The notes under the pieces: generated by a model | Told to the model about the DNA's origin: nothing | What the model saw: the letters and a program-made list of their open reading frames with translations, nothing else | The model's database searches: none | Program-made: the position numbers and the translations under genes | In this document: positions 1-9,405 of the stretch, one piece after another | Layout: every line of letters starts with the position of its first letter | Position numbering within the stretch: the stretch's first letter is position 1 | Source: an archaeon | Lineage (GTDB): Archaea; Undinarchaeota; Undinarchaeia; Undinarchaeales; JBDRKL01 | Assembly: GCA_043814055.1 (NCBI GenBank) | Contig: JBDRKL010000004.1 | Coordinates: forward strand, 80,518 to 144,517 | Direction of reading: 5' to 3' | Length of the DNA: 64,000 nucleotides

Positions 1-447
1 ATAATTAAAACCCTGCGCAAGGATGGCAACGATATTGAAATCCGACCCGAGCTTACAGGGAAAGCAACGCAGTTCGGCAATCTTGACGAGCTCATCCGGC
101 TCAGCCAGGATATTGAAGGCGTTCTGCCGTGCATTGATTTCGCGCACATGTTTGCGCGCACTGGGAAGTTCAACTCGTACGTTGAATTTATGTCAATGCT
201 TGAAAAGATTGAGGTCAGCCTCGGCAAGAAAGCCCTGCAGAACATGCACTGCCACGTGTCAGGCATAGAATTCACTGAGAAAGGTGAGCGCAGGCACTTG
301 GAAATGCCAGATTCTGACTTTCATTACTTAGATTTGGCAAAAGCGTTCAAGGACTCTGGGATGCGCGGCATAGTGATTTCAGAAAGTCCTAATATTGAAT
401 TAGATGCTTTGCTGATGAAAAAATTGTATGGTCAATCAGCTCGGTAG
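1..447 (+). CDS. Endonuclease IV-like TIM-barrel protein (5' truncated by window edge)
   Basis: Frame 1 open from base 1: RPELTGKATQFG...PCIDFAH...HCHVSGI...ISESP, typical of archaeal Nfo/AP-endonuclease-2 family. Confidence 0.8.
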   Translation: MIKTLRKDGNDIEIRPELTGKATQFGNLDELIRLSQDIEGVLPCIDFAHMFARTGKFNSYVEFMSMLEKIEVSLGKKALQNMHCHVSGIEFTEKGERRHLEMPDSDFHYLDLAKAFKDSGMRGIVISESPNIELDALLMKKLYGQSAR

Positions 448-555
448 TCCCGCAATGAATCGCCAGAAAATGTAAAAATAATATTGCTGACGTTTCATTG
501 CGCCCGCAGCATCATCAAAGTAATGCGGACAGCCATCCTCCGCGACCAGGCGGAG
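439..555 (+). repeat. Multi-hairpin repeat element (type A) with internal inserted hairpin
   Basis: GCTCGGTAGTCCCGCA (439-454) identical to 32501-32516; 15-nt loop GCATCATCAAAGTAA; 7-nt linker; terminal hairpin CTCCGCGACCAGGCGGAG 538-555; extra hairpin CGCAATGAA/TTCATTGCG (451-459/494-502). Confidence 0.8.
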
Positions 556-581
556 TGATGAAGAAATTGTATTCTATCTAA
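556..581 (+). pseudogene. Displaced duplicate 3' end of the endonuclease IV-like gene (MKKLYSI*)
   Basis: TGATGAAGAAATTGTAT (556-572) vs TGATGAAAAAATTGTAT (413-429), one synonymous difference, followed by TCT ATC TAA. Confidence 0.75.
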
Positions 582-1224
582 CCACTACGTTTCTAGCTAC
601 GTGGTAGACCTTGAGTAAAATAGTTATTATTATTCCTGCCAGAGCAATCCAGAGCGCTGTTGTGTAGCTTGTGATTGATATTGCAGCCAGAGTCAGGTAA
701 GTTACCATAAGCAAGCCAATTATGGAGCCGATTATCACCGCGGCAAATACTCTGCCCTTGTCAAGTCCGATTGCCCTGCCGAGCAACGATGCCATTACAG
801 CGCCTGTGCCCTGAAATGGTATTATCATCCAAAGCGTACAGCCAGCGAACGACATTCTTTCAACCCATTTATGGATGCCGATTATTCTCTTGGTCTGCGT
901 TGTTATCCATCTCGCGTATTTCCCAACTATTTTTGAGTGCTTAAAAAAGTCCAGGCTTGTGTAAAACCCGAGCCCCACAAAGAAGTCAATCATGAAAAAC
1001 GAACTCACAACCACTATCGGGCTGAGTCCCATGTATATCCCAAGCGGTATGGCGGACTCCTTGCCAATCGGCGGCAGGAAGTAAATCGCCATTAGAAAAC
1101 CAATTTGGCTGAAGCCAATCTCGTCCAGTGAATAATACAGCAGAAAAACCCAGGCAATCATCAGCAGGAAGGGCGTGTACAGCTTGACGAAAGTGTTAAG
1201 GTCTTCTGGACGCGTGAATCTCAT
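574..1224 (-). CDS. Small multi-drug export family membrane protein
   Basis: Hydrophobic 216 aa with KESAIPLG and IPFQGTGA motifs. Confidence 0.75.
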   Translation of the reverse strand: MRFTRPEDLNTFVKLYTPFLLMIAWVFLLYYSLDEIGFSQIGFLMAIYFLPPIGKESAIPLGIYMGLSPIVVVSSFFMIDFFVGLGFYTSLDFFKHSKIVGKYARWITTQTKRIIGIHKWVERMSFAGCTLWMIIPFQGTGAVMASLLGRAIGLDKGRVFAAVIIGSIIGLLMVTYLTLAAISITSYTTALWIALAGIIITILLKVYHVARNVVVR

Positions 1225-1275
1225 ATAATTCCCTAAGTGCAGAACATTTAAAGCTTTTCTTTCCTAATATAAATT

Positions 1276-1686
1276 ATGCCTTTTGAATATATTGAGCACG
1301 AGGCGGACATTGGAATTAAAGGAACGGGCAAGACAGTGGAAGAGGCCTTTGCAGAGGGAGCCAGGGCAATGTTCGGTATTATGGTTGATTTGGAAAAAGT
1401 TGACCCTGTCAAAAGAATTGAGGTTGAATGCGAAGCTGAAAACATCGGGTCTCTTTTTGTTGAATTTCTTAATGCCCTGCTCGCTCAAGTCAACATTGCA
1501 GAAATGTTCTTTTCAAAGTTTGAAGTTAAGATTGACGGTACTCATCTGACTGCAACTGCGTGGGGTGAGCAGATTGACCAGGAGAAGCACCAGACCAAGA
1601 TTGAAGTCAAGGCGGCGACTTTCTCTGGGTTGAAGTATGAAGAGAAAGATGGGGTTCACTCAATTCAGTGTGTGGTTGATGTGTAG
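1276..1686 (+). CDS. Archease (RtcB cofactor)
   Basis: EYIEHEADIGI N-terminus, EVKAATF C-terminal motif; adjacent to rtcB. Confidence 0.95.
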   Translation: MPFEYIEHEADIGIKGTGKTVEEAFAEGARAMFGIMVDLEKVDPVKRIEVECEAENIGSLFVEFLNALLAQVNIAEMFFSKFEVKIDGTHLTATAWGEQIDQEKHQTKIEVKAATFSGLKYEEKDGVHSIQCVVDV

Positions 1687-1690
1687 AGTT

Positions 1691-1773
1691 AACCAAAGGC
1701 AATCAAATGGCTTGGTAAAGTCACAGCTTCATTTATTTCTTGTGGCTTGCTCTTCCTCCGCGAGCAGGCGGAG
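1691..1773 (+). repeat. Multi-hairpin repeat element (type A)
   Basis: Aligns along its length with 32362-32444; GGTA 1714-17, stem AAGTCACA/TGTGGCTT, 15-nt loop, 7-nt linker, CTCCGCGAGCAGGCGGAG 1756-1773. Confidence 0.85.
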
Positions 1774-1856
1774 AAGTCAAGGCGGCGACTTTCTCTGGGC
1801 TGAAATATGAGGAGAAGGACGGGGTGTATTCAGTAATTTGTGTTTTGGATGTATAA
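1773..1856 (+). pseudogene. Diverged duplicate of the last 28 codons of archease
   Basis: EVKAATFSGLKYEEKDGVYSVICVLDV* vs EVKAATFSGLKYEEKDGVHSIQCVVDV* (1603-1686); first 27 bp identical. Confidence 0.92.
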
Positions 1857-1981
1857 TTTTTTTTATAACAATATATAAATACATTCAAATTAACAATCGT
1901 TAAGTTCACAATTGTTAATACAGCGACTTTTTGAAGAGACATCCAGCGACTCTGGAACTGCTGAACTAGGAGGTGATACAA

Positions 1982-2212
1982 TTGCTCAATGCATTTTTGC
2001 TGATAAACACGAAACCGGGAAGGGGGAGAGAGGTTGTTGAGAAATTGTTGGAACACGAGGAGTTTGAAGAGGTAAGGCAGGTCTACGGCGACTATGACAT
2101 ATTTGGCAAGGTGAGCATATCAAGCATGGATGAGCTGAACAAGTTCCTGCTTGAAACAATAAGGAACATGCCGGATGTTGAGCTCTCAAACACACTGGTG
2201 CAAATGGGCTAA
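1982..2212 (+). CDS. Stand-alone Lrp/AsnC ligand-binding domain protein
   Basis: AFLLINTKPG...VYGDYDI pattern; TTG start 1982 after GGAGGTGA ribosome-binding site. Confidence 0.85.
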   Translation: MLNAFLLINTKPGRGREVVEKLLEHEEFEEVRQVYGDYDIFGKVSISSMDELNKFLLETIRNMPDVELSNTLVQMG

Positions 2213-2247
2213 AATACTTAAATAGCCGGGAGCAACAGAGCTGCGAC

Positions 2248-3690
2248 ATGGACCTTACCTTGAAGCAAACCGAAGAGCTAGTATGGGAGCTCCCAAAAAC
2301 TGGCGAAATGCTTGTTCCTGGAAGAATCTACGGCGACGAAGAAATCGTGAAGCACCTTAACAATGACGTGAAAGCCGGAAAGGACTGGAACGCTCTGAAG
2401 CAGGTTTACAACGTGGCGTGCCTGCCAGGAATTCAAAAAGCGTCGCTCGCGATGCCAGACGTGCACCCAGGATATGGCTTTCCAATCGGCGGTGTCGGGG
2501 CATTTGACACTGAAACCGGGGTAATTTCAGTTGCAGGAGTTGGCTTTGATATCAACTGCGGAGTCCGGACTTTAAAGACACCGCTCAAAAAGGATGATGT
2601 TGAAAAGAAAAAGAAAGAGCTCGCTGAAGTTTTATTCAGGGTAATCCCAGCTGGACTCGGCTCAACCGGCGACATCCGCCTGAGCATAGACCAGATTGAC
2701 GAAGTGCTGGTAAATGGTGCTAAGTACTCAGTAGAAAATGGATATGGCTTAAAGGAAGACCTTGAATTCATTGAAGAAAATGGAAAAATCGCAAATGCAA
2801 ATCCTGAGAATGTCTCACGAACCGCGAAGCAGAGGCAGTTCAAGCAGATAGGCACGCTCGGCTCTGGGAATCATTATCTTGAAGTGCAGTATGTTGATGA
2901 AATCTTTGACGAGGTGGCTGCAAAAGCATATGGGCTGGAAAAAGGCCAAATCCTGGTTTCAATTCACTGCGGCTCCCGCGCGCTCGGCCACCAAATCGGA
3001 ACTGACTACCTCAAAACTTTGGAAGCTGCGTCAAAGAAATACAAAATCCCAATCCGCGAGAAAGAGCTTGTATGCGCCCCGTTCACGAGCGAAGAGGGCC
3101 AGCAGTACTTCACCGCAATGAACTGCGGAATAAACTGCGCGTTTGCGAACCGCCAGGCGCTTGCTCACTTGACGCGGAAGGGTTTCACAGAAGTATTTGG
3201 TCTTGGAGAAAAAGAAGTTGAAACCTTTTACGAAATCGGGCATAATACCTGCAAGCTTGAGGAGCACGACGGCAAAAAGCTCATCGTGCACAGGAAAGGC
3301 GCAACAAGAGCGTTCGGCCCTGGGCGAAAAGAAGTGCCGAAAAAATACCGAGAAATCGGCCAGCCAGTCCTGGTCGGCGGGACAATGGGGACGTGCTCTT
3401 ACATACTCCACGGGACTCAGAAAGGGATGGACGAGACCTTCGGAAGCGCGTGCCACGGGGCAGGGAGAAATATGAGCCGCCAGCAGGCCAAGCGCGAGTA
3501 CTTCGGGGAAACAGTTATAAAAGAGCTCGCCGCAAAGGGCATAATAATCAAGGGTCATTCAAAGTCCGGAGTTTCAGAGGAAGCGCCAGGTGCCTACAAG
3601 GACGTTACTGAAGTGGTTGACGTAATGCATACTTCAGGAATTGCGAAGAAAGTTGTGAAAGTTAAACCTTTAATATCAATAAAGGGATAG
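2248..3690 (+). CDS. rtcB: RNA-splicing ligase RtcB
   Basis: PDVHPGYG, DINCG, GNHY, HCGSR, HRKGA, HGAGR motifs. Confidence 0.97.
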   Translation: MDLTLKQTEELVWELPKTGEMLVPGRIYGDEEIVKHLNNDVKAGKDWNALKQVYNVACLPGIQKASLAMPDVHPGYGFPIGGVGAFDTETGVISVAGVGFDINCGVRTLKTPLKKDDVEKKKKELAEVLFRVIPAGLGSTGDIRLSIDQIDEVLVNGAKYSVENGYGLKEDLEFIEENGKIANANPENVSRTAKQRQFKQIGTLGSGNHYLEVQYVDEIFDEVAAKAYGLEKGQILVSIHCGSRALGHQIGTDYLKTLEAASKKYKIPIREKELVCAPFTSEEGQQYFTAMNCGINCAFANRQALAHLTRKGFTEVFGLGEKEVETFYEIGHNTCKLEEHDGKKLIVHRKGATRAFGPGRKEVPKKYREIGQPVLVGGTMGTCSYILHGTQKGMDETFGSACHGAGRNMSRQQAKREYFGETVIKELAAKGIIIKGHSKSGVSEEAPGAYKDVTEVVDVMHTSGIAKKVVKVKPLISIKG

Positions 3691-3706
3691 GGGGTGAAAA
3701 AAAATT

Positions 3707-3805
3707 ATGCAGGACGATGATGAAGATTATCCAAGGGATCTTGAGGATCTAGATGACCTGGAAAACCTGGATGATGTAACCGACCCATGCGACGGTTCTA
3801 TTTAA
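3707..3805 (+). CDS. Putative 32-aa acidic micropeptide
   Basis: MQDDDEDYPRDLEDLDDLENLDDVTDPCDGSI*, 15/32 D/E, preceded by GGGGTGA RBS right after the rtcB stop; not in ORF track. Confidence 0.55.
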   Translation: MQDDDEDYPRDLEDLDDLENLDDVTDPCDGSI

Positions 3806-3925
3806 TAAAATTCTCTGCGCGGGCAGTTGGCGAAGTTTAATATTCAATTACTTCGGAGTAGCCGGCGCTAACAATAGCTCCAAAGCAAGATTTATTAATT
3901 ACTACTGCTCATTCCTACTGAAACC

Positions 3926-4567
3926 ATGATAAAGTCAATAAAAAACTTTATGTTCAGGATGTCCGCGACCCAGATAATCGCAGGCATCATCCTATTGGCA
4001 TCCGTCCTCATATTCGTGCTTTTCTCTGCAATATCATCCGCCTCAGGCATTGGCAGCCATCCGATATTTGGGTTTCTCCTGCTCTGTTTTCTGCTCCTGC
4101 TCACGCGGCTTTCAATCCTTGTCAAGGTCGGAATCGGGTTTGTGAACATAATACTCCTCCCTGTAACAATGTATTATGGCCTACTACCTGCGTTTGCAAT
4201 GATACTCCTTACCAGCTACATTTACATAAAAATCGCGACCAGGCCAACCCCGATTGACTTCTTAATCACAAAGGGCGTGCAGGGCGCAATCGCCCAGTCA
4301 ATTTACTTCTCAATCTGGGTGCTAACTATCCACTTGATGTTCAAGTTTGTGAGCTTTGAGTACTTCTTCATCCACTTGACTTTCATGTATATGCTCTGCA
4401 TTGCAATCTACATAATTTACATGGTGCCAGCTCTTCACATTATCGCGCTTGACCCTCTCCCAATCACGCTGGTCAATGGAATGATGATGATGGCGGTTCA
4501 GTTCATACTCATAACCCTAACCGGGAGCAGCTTTTTTATGTTTGTTAAGTCGCTTGCCGGAGTCTAG
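3926..4567 (+). CDS. Hypothetical multi-pass membrane protein
   Basis: 213 aa, about 6 hydrophobic segments. Confidence 0.7.
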   Translation: MIKSIKNFMFRMSATQIIAGIILLASVLIFVLFSAISSASGIGSHPIFGFLLLCFLLLLTRLSILVKVGIGFVNIILLPVTMYYGLLPAFAMILLTSYIYIKIATRPTPIDFLITKGVQGAIAQSIYFSIWVLTIHLMFKFVSFEYFFIHLTFMYMLCIAIYIIYMVPALHIIALDPLPITLVNGMMMMAVQFILITLTGSSFFMFVKSLAGV

Positions 4568-6042
4568 TTGTAGAACCTGCTCCACTTGTGGCTGCCGATT
4601 GTCGCGCCTATCCAAACCAGAACTGGCAATATTTCAAGGCGGCCTATCCACATCTGGAAAATGAGGACTATTTTTATCAGCATCGGCGCGGTTGCGGAAG
4701 TTATTCCAGTGCTCAACCCGACTGTTGCAGCAGCTGAAGTTGTCTCAAACAATGAGTCAATGAAGCTGAAGCCATACGCTGTTATTATAAGGGTTCCAAC
4801 AATGATAAAGAGCATATAAATGAAGAAGTACCACGAGACCTGATTTGCCTCCTCCTCTGAGAACACTTTCTTCCCAACTTTCAGCGGGAGAACCGAGGTC
4901 TTCGGCAGGAGGAACTTGTTTATTATCCAGGGCACTGAGCTGAGGAGCATTAGCAATCTTATGATTTTCAGTCCGCCAGCTGTTGACCCGGCTGACCCGC
5001 CGATGAGCATCAATACTATCATAACGCTCTTCACGAAATCATCTGCCAATGCTATGTCCATCGTCGCGTAGCCAGTGGTTGTGCTGGCGCTCATAACCTG
5101 GAAAGCGCTGTGCCGCAGAGGCTCTGGGTCTCCCTGACCCTGCAGGTACAGGGCAAGTATTCCAGTGAACACTATAAATATGACAAGCAGAGCCTGCACT
5201 TCTCTGCTCTTCGCAAAGCCCCTAAGTTCCTGCCACTTCCAGCCAAGGAGCTTGTAGTGAAGTATGAACGGTATTGAGCCGACAAGCATCAATGCCATTA
5301 TTGCAATTTCAATCCCAACGCTTGAGTAAGCGCCTATGCTCACGGCCTTGATGGAGAAGCCGCCTGTTGAGACAACTGTGAACACGTGGTTGATAGCGTC
5401 GTAAAGCGGCATTCCAAGCAGGTAAAGAATGAGCGCCCCAACCGCAGTGTACAATAAATATATCTTTGCCATGTTGCGCACAGTGTGGTGCACGCTCGGC
5501 TCAAGTCGCTCTTCCCTCGCCTCGCCCCTGAACAGGTAAGAAGCTGACATTCCAGGCCCGACCATAACTGTGAGGAAAAGCACAACTACGCCTATACCGC
5601 CTATCCATTGCGTCAAACTGCGCCAGAACAACAAGCTTAGCGGCACTGCTTCAATATCTGGCAGAGTGCTTAATCCCGTTGTTGTAAATCCGGACATTGA
5701 CTCAAAGTAGCTGTTCACAAATGCATCCGCCCCAAGCCCGCCATAGAGCTGCGGCGAGAGCATGTAGTAAGGCGCAGCTCCAACCAGCGCCATTATTGCG
5801 AAAGCACTGGCACCAAGAACCATAGCCCGGCCAAGTGTCAAATGCCCTCGCTGGTAACGCTTGAACAGCGTGAATCCAAAACTAAGTGATATCACGGACG
5901 CGATTACATAAGGCAAGAACGGCTCACCGTAGTAGACCGCGAGAATAACCGGGAGCAGAATTAAATTGCCTACAACCAGGAGAATTATGCCTAGGTAATG
6001 CAGTACTGTTGAAGCGAATTCAGGAGTTATCTTGGCTCTCAT
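4564..6042 (-). CDS. trkH: Trk potassium uptake membrane protein
   Basis: FESMSGFTTTG, WIGGIG, VSTGGF, TTTGY, IGGSAGSTAGGLK, TVGLS, GRLEI motifs. Confidence 0.95.
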   Translation of the reverse strand: MRAKITPEFASTVLHYLGIILLVVGNLILLPVILAVYYGEPFLPYVIASVISLSFGFTLFKRYQRGHLTLGRAMVLGASAFAIMALVGAAPYYMLSPQLYGGLGADAFVNSYFESMSGFTTTGLSTLPDIEAVPLSLLFWRSLTQWIGGIGVVVLFLTVMVGPGMSASYLFRGEAREERLEPSVHHTVRNMAKIYLLYTAVGALILYLLGMPLYDAINHVFTVVSTGGFSIKAVSIGAYSSVGIEIAIMALMLVGSIPFILHYKLLGWKWQELRGFAKSREVQALLVIFIVFTGILALYLQGQGDPEPLRHSAFQVMSASTTTGYATMDIALADDFVKSVMIVLMLIGGSAGSTAGGLKIIRLLMLLSSVPWIINKFLLPKTSVLPLKVGKKVFSEEEANQVSWYFFIYMLFIIVGTLIITAYGFSFIDSLFETTSAAATVGLSTGITSATAPMLIKIVLIFQMWIGRLEILPVLVWIGATIGSHKWSRFYN

Positions 6043-6695
6043 TATTTGACCAGTGACTTTATCACATCAGGCGCCGCCTTGCTCTTTGCGGTTATCCAGA
6101 GCAGGTCGCCGGCGTTAAGTGTTTCATCGCCCTGCACTAGTATGATGTCCTCTTTCCTCTCTATCACGACTATTTTTGAATCCTTTGGCAGCCCGCACTT
6201 GTTCGCAGCCTTGCCCACTGCAGGCGAATTGTCAGTCAGGTAAAGCTCAAGAAGCTCCATCTTCCCGCCTGCCAAAGTCACAGCGGTCTTCGCGCCCTTT
6301 AGCCGGAAAGAGTTCATGAAATCACTGACAATTGAGCTTGTTACTGATATTGCACCATCAACCCCTGCCTGTATGAATAGGGTTTCATTCGCAGGATTAT
6401 TTACTCGTGCGGCAATTTTTCCAACCTCGGCTTTCTTCGCGAGGTGGCAAATCATCAAATTCACGTTGTCATCGTTGGTCAGCGCCGCGATCGCGTCCGC
6501 GCGGTCTATGCCCGCGTCCTTCATTATCTTCGCGTTCGTGCCGTCGCCCTTGATTATGAGCGCGTCAAGCTCGTCAGCAAGCTCTTCTGCTCTCTCGTCG
6601 TCCTGCTCAATGATTACAACGTCCTCGTTCTCCGCAACGAGCGTCTTCGCTAGAATCTCTCCTGTTTGCCCGCCGCCTACAATTATAACGTACAT
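6042..6695 (-). CDS. trkA: Trk potassium uptake NAD-binding protein
   Basis: IIVGGGQTG Rossmann motif, GDGT, C-terminal RCK-C domain; upstream of trkH. Confidence 0.93.
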   Translation of the reverse strand: MYVIIVGGGQTGEILAKTLVAENEDVVIIEQDDERAEELADELDALIIKGDGTNAKIMKDAGIDRADAIAALTNDDNVNLMICHLAKKAEVGKIAARVNNPANETLFIQAGVDGAISVTSSIVSDFMNSFRLKGAKTAVTLAGGKMELLELYLTDNSPAVGKAANKCGLPKDSKIVVIERKEDIILVQGDETLNAGDLLWITAKSKAAPDVIKSLVK

Positions 6696-6790
6696 ATTTC
6701 AGCATAAGGAGCTGGATTATAAAAGCTTTTGGCAGATAGAAAGCTATTTATAAACACATTTCTACATATACAACTCACTTAGTGATTCTT

Positions 6791-7066
6791 ATGCAGCACT
6801 CACGAGGATTCCGCGCAAAGTCAAGATACAAGCTCAGTGGAGGGCGATTTTCAATAGCCGAGGCTTTGCAGGAGTTCAAACCGGGGGACAGAGTTCGTGT
6901 AAACATTAATCCAGCTGTGCACAAGGGTATGCCTCACCCGCGCTTTCAGGCGGCGGACGGGTGCGTTGTGGAGAAGCGCGGCCGGTCCTTCAGGGTTGAG
7001 GTCAATATAGGCAATGCGACGAAGCAAATACTGGTAAAACCAGAGCACCTTAAGCCGCTGAAATAG
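6791..7066 (+). CDS. rpl21e: 50S ribosomal protein L21e
   Basis: SRGFRAKSR, KGMPHPRF motifs; conserved rpl21e-rpoF-DUF655-ksgA order. Confidence 0.95.
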   Translation: MQHSRGFRAKSRYKLSGGRFSIAEALQEFKPGDRVRVNINPAVHKGMPHPRFQAADGCVVEKRGRSFRVEVNIGNATKQILVKPEHLKPLK

Positions 7067-7078
7067 GGGGAGTAAAAA

Positions 7079-7417
7079 ATGGTAGGAAAAAAAATATTAT
7101 CTCAGAAAGCAGTGCCTCTTGTTGAGGTCCAGAAAATTGTGGAGACCCGCAAAAAAGAGGGCGAGCTCAGCTATGAACAGAACCTCACGCTGGAGTACTG
7201 CAAGAAATTCGCAAAGCTTAATCAAAAAGATACTGCGGCAGCTATCAAGGAGCTCATTGATCTTGAAAAAGTAACAGAAACACACGCCGTATCGCTCACT
7301 GACCTTATGCCAAATAACGAGGGTGAGGTAAAGCTTATTTTTGCCAAGGAACATTTTATCCTTGCTGAAGATGAAATCAGCAAGATTCTTGAGGTATTAG
7401 GCAAGTACAGGAAGTAA
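7079..7417 (+). CDS. rpoF: RNA polymerase subunit Rpo4 (F)
   Basis: ELSYEQNLTLEY, DLMP motifs and synteny. Confidence 0.92.
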   Translation: MVGKKILSQKAVPLVEVQKIVETRKKEGELSYEQNLTLEYCKKFAKLNQKDTAAAIKELIDLEKVTETHAVSLTDLMPNNEGEVKLIFAKEHFILAEDEISKILEVLGKYRK

Positions 7418-7418
7418 G

Positions 7419-8084
7419 ATGCCAACTGACGAGAATGCGATTGTTTTGGACTATTTGGCCGAAGGGCGGGCAGACTCAAGCGTGCCGGGATACAAGCGCG
7501 AAAGGCGAGTAGCGCAGGTGCTTGGAATTGATTACTTCAGCCTGCTTGAGATTTCAATCCGCGAAGATGACAGTGCTGCGCAGGGCGACCACATTTACAT
7601 CGGCAAGGGAGTGCGCGACAAGGTTCACCACATAATCAGGCGGCTCAACCACAGCGATTTGACCTCAACTGCAAAGGTTGAGCTTGAATATGTTCTTGAA
7701 AAGCTCGTGAAGACGAACGAGGCAAAGTTCGTGAAATTCTTCAACGAGTGCGGGTCATTGACAATGCGCCTGCACAGGCTTGAACTGCTCCCTGGCGTGG
7801 GGAAGAAGCACATGTGGGATATCACGAAAGCGCGCAGCGTGAAGAAGTTTGAGAGCTTCGCGGACATAGCGGAGCGCGTGAAACTGCTCCCAGGCCCAGA
7901 AAAGCTAATAGTCAAGAGAATCATATGGGAGCTAAAGGGCGAGGACGACAAGCTCAAGCCGATAAAGTACAAGATATTTGTGGGCGCGCAGCTTCTGCCT
8001 GGTGAGGCTGAAAAGCCAACTGCCAAAGCTGAGGAAAAGGAAAGTGGAGCTAAACCAGCTGAAAACCCTGCTGAATCAGAATAA
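7419..8084 (+). CDS. DUF655 family putative RNA-binding protein
   Basis: AIVLDYL, LHRLELLPGVGKK motifs and synteny. Confidence 0.92.
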   Translation: MPTDENAIVLDYLAEGRADSSVPGYKRERRVAQVLGIDYFSLLEISIREDDSAAQGDHIYIGKGVRDKVHHIIRRLNHSDLTSTAKVELEYVLEKLVKTNEAKFVKFFNECGSLTMRLHRLELLPGVGKKHMWDITKARSVKKFESFADIAERVKLLPGPEKLIVKRIIWELKGEDDKLKPIKYKIFVGAQLLPGEAEKPTAKAEEKESGAKPAENPAESE

Positions 8085-8832
8085 CCTGAAGCTTTCTTCC
8101 AGGTTGGATCAGAACTTTTTATACGATTCTGAAATTCTTAAGCGCGAGGTTGAATACGCTGAGCTTTCAGCAGACGATGTTGTGCTTGAAATTGGGCCTG
8201 GAGTCGGAACTCTCACTGAGGAAATTCTGAAGAAAACAAAAAATGTCACAGTGATTGAAAAGGACGCAAAGTTCAAGCATATTCTTGAAAAGCTCGGTTG
8301 TAAAGTGATAATCGCGGACGCTATGGAAGTTGAATGGCCCATGTGCAGCAAGATTATCTCAAACCTTCCATACTCAATCTCAAGCCCATTAACTTTTAAA
8401 ATCCTTGCGCAGGACATTGAACTCGCAGTGCTTTGCTACCAGAAGGAATTCGCGCGGAGAATGTCCGCGCGGCAGGGCGCAAAGGGCTACTCGCGGCTCA
8501 GCGTGAACTGCTACCTCCGCGCGGTTGTTGAGCTCAAGGAAGACATTCCAAAAGAGAAATACTTCCCAATTCCAAAGGTTGATTCCACAATTGTTAAATT
8601 AATTCCAAAAAGTGGCACAGTGCCGGAGCATTTTGACAGCATTTGCCGCGCGTTATTCCAGCACAAGAACAAGAAAGTACGCAACGCGCTGATGGATTCT
8701 GCGCACGAGATTGACAGCGACAAGGAAAAAGTCAAGGCCTGGGCTGAAGGGCTTTGGGAAATAAAAGACAGGAAAGTTACACAGCTCACGCCTGAAGAAG
8801 TTGTGGCGCTTGCTGGAAGTTGGACTAGTTAG
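8044..8832 (+). CDS. ksgA: 16S rRNA dimethyladenosine transferase KsgA/Dim1
   Basis: DQNFL, EIGPGVG, SNLPYSIS motifs; GTG start 8044 inferred. Confidence 0.93.
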   Translation: MELNQLKTLLNQNNLKLSSRLDQNFLYDSEILKREVEYAELSADDVVLEIGPGVGTLTEEILKKTKNVTVIEKDAKFKHILEKLGCKVIIADAMEVEWPMCSKIISNLPYSISSPLTFKILAQDIELAVLCYQKEFARRMSARQGAKGYSRLSVNCYLRAVVELKEDIPKEKYFPIPKVDSTIVKLIPKSGTVPEHFDSICRALFQHKNKKVRNALMDSAHEIDSDKEKVKAWAEGLWEIKDRKVTQLTPEEVVALAGSWTS

Positions 8833-8871
8833 TGGAGAAAATATTTAACGAACCCAAACCATACTACAGTT

Positions 8872-9405
8872 ATGGAACTGCCAAAGCTGAAAGAATGCAG
8901 GGGTTGTGATAAGCATTGCTGCAGGGGTGGCGCACTTGTAACTCTGGCGGATGCTGAGCGGGTGCGCTCCGCAGCATGCAAATTATTTGGGGAAGAACTA
9001 CTTCTTAAAGACATAGTCAACTGGGGGTGGTACAGGCCTCAGCTTGAGATAAAGACGCGCAAACAGAGTAAGCTTGTTGAGGAAAAGGACCGCTATTGCC
9101 TCTTCTTCTCCAAAGGCAGGTGCAGAATATACAAGGAAAAGCCGCTTTCGTGCAGCCTTTTTCCTTTCATAGTGAATGAAAGCGTCAGTGTATCCCTGAG
9201 ATGTCCTGCACGGAAATCTGCGAAAAAACTGCTCTCTCGCGGAGAATACCGGGCAAACGTGGAGCGCGTTGGGGGTATAATTAAGGCAGAGTACGCCAAG
9301 AGTGTGGGGCTCTTCAGCAGTATGAAGGGCAGGATAACGCTTGAACGGCTTGACAGGCTCAGAGCGAAGGATGAGCTGGCATACCTGAAGAGAATTATGG
9401 TTTAG
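8872..9405 (+). CDS. YkgJ-like cysteine cluster (CxxCxxCC) protein
   Basis: CRGCDKHCC, CLFF...CRIY..KPLSCSLFPF. Confidence 0.85.
   Translation: MELPKLKECRGCDKHCCRGGALVTLADAERVRSAACKLFGEELLLKDIVNWGWYRPQLEIKTRKQSKLVEEKDRYCLFFSKGRCRIYKEKPLSCSLFPFIVNESVSVSLRCPARKSAKKLLSRGEYRANVERVGGIIKAEYAKSVGLFSSMKGRITLERLDRLRAKDELAYLKRIMV

Noticed and set aside
1603-1856. DGR template/variable repeat pair
   Set aside because: Differences are not adenine-specific (T/C, T/G, C/T changes are common) and no reverse transcriptase is present
1890-1918. Inverted repeat TTAACAAT/ATTGTTAA upstream of the Lrp-domain gene
   Set aside because: AT-rich 8-mer in an AT-rich spacer; the downstream protein lacks an HTH, so there is no specific support for an operator
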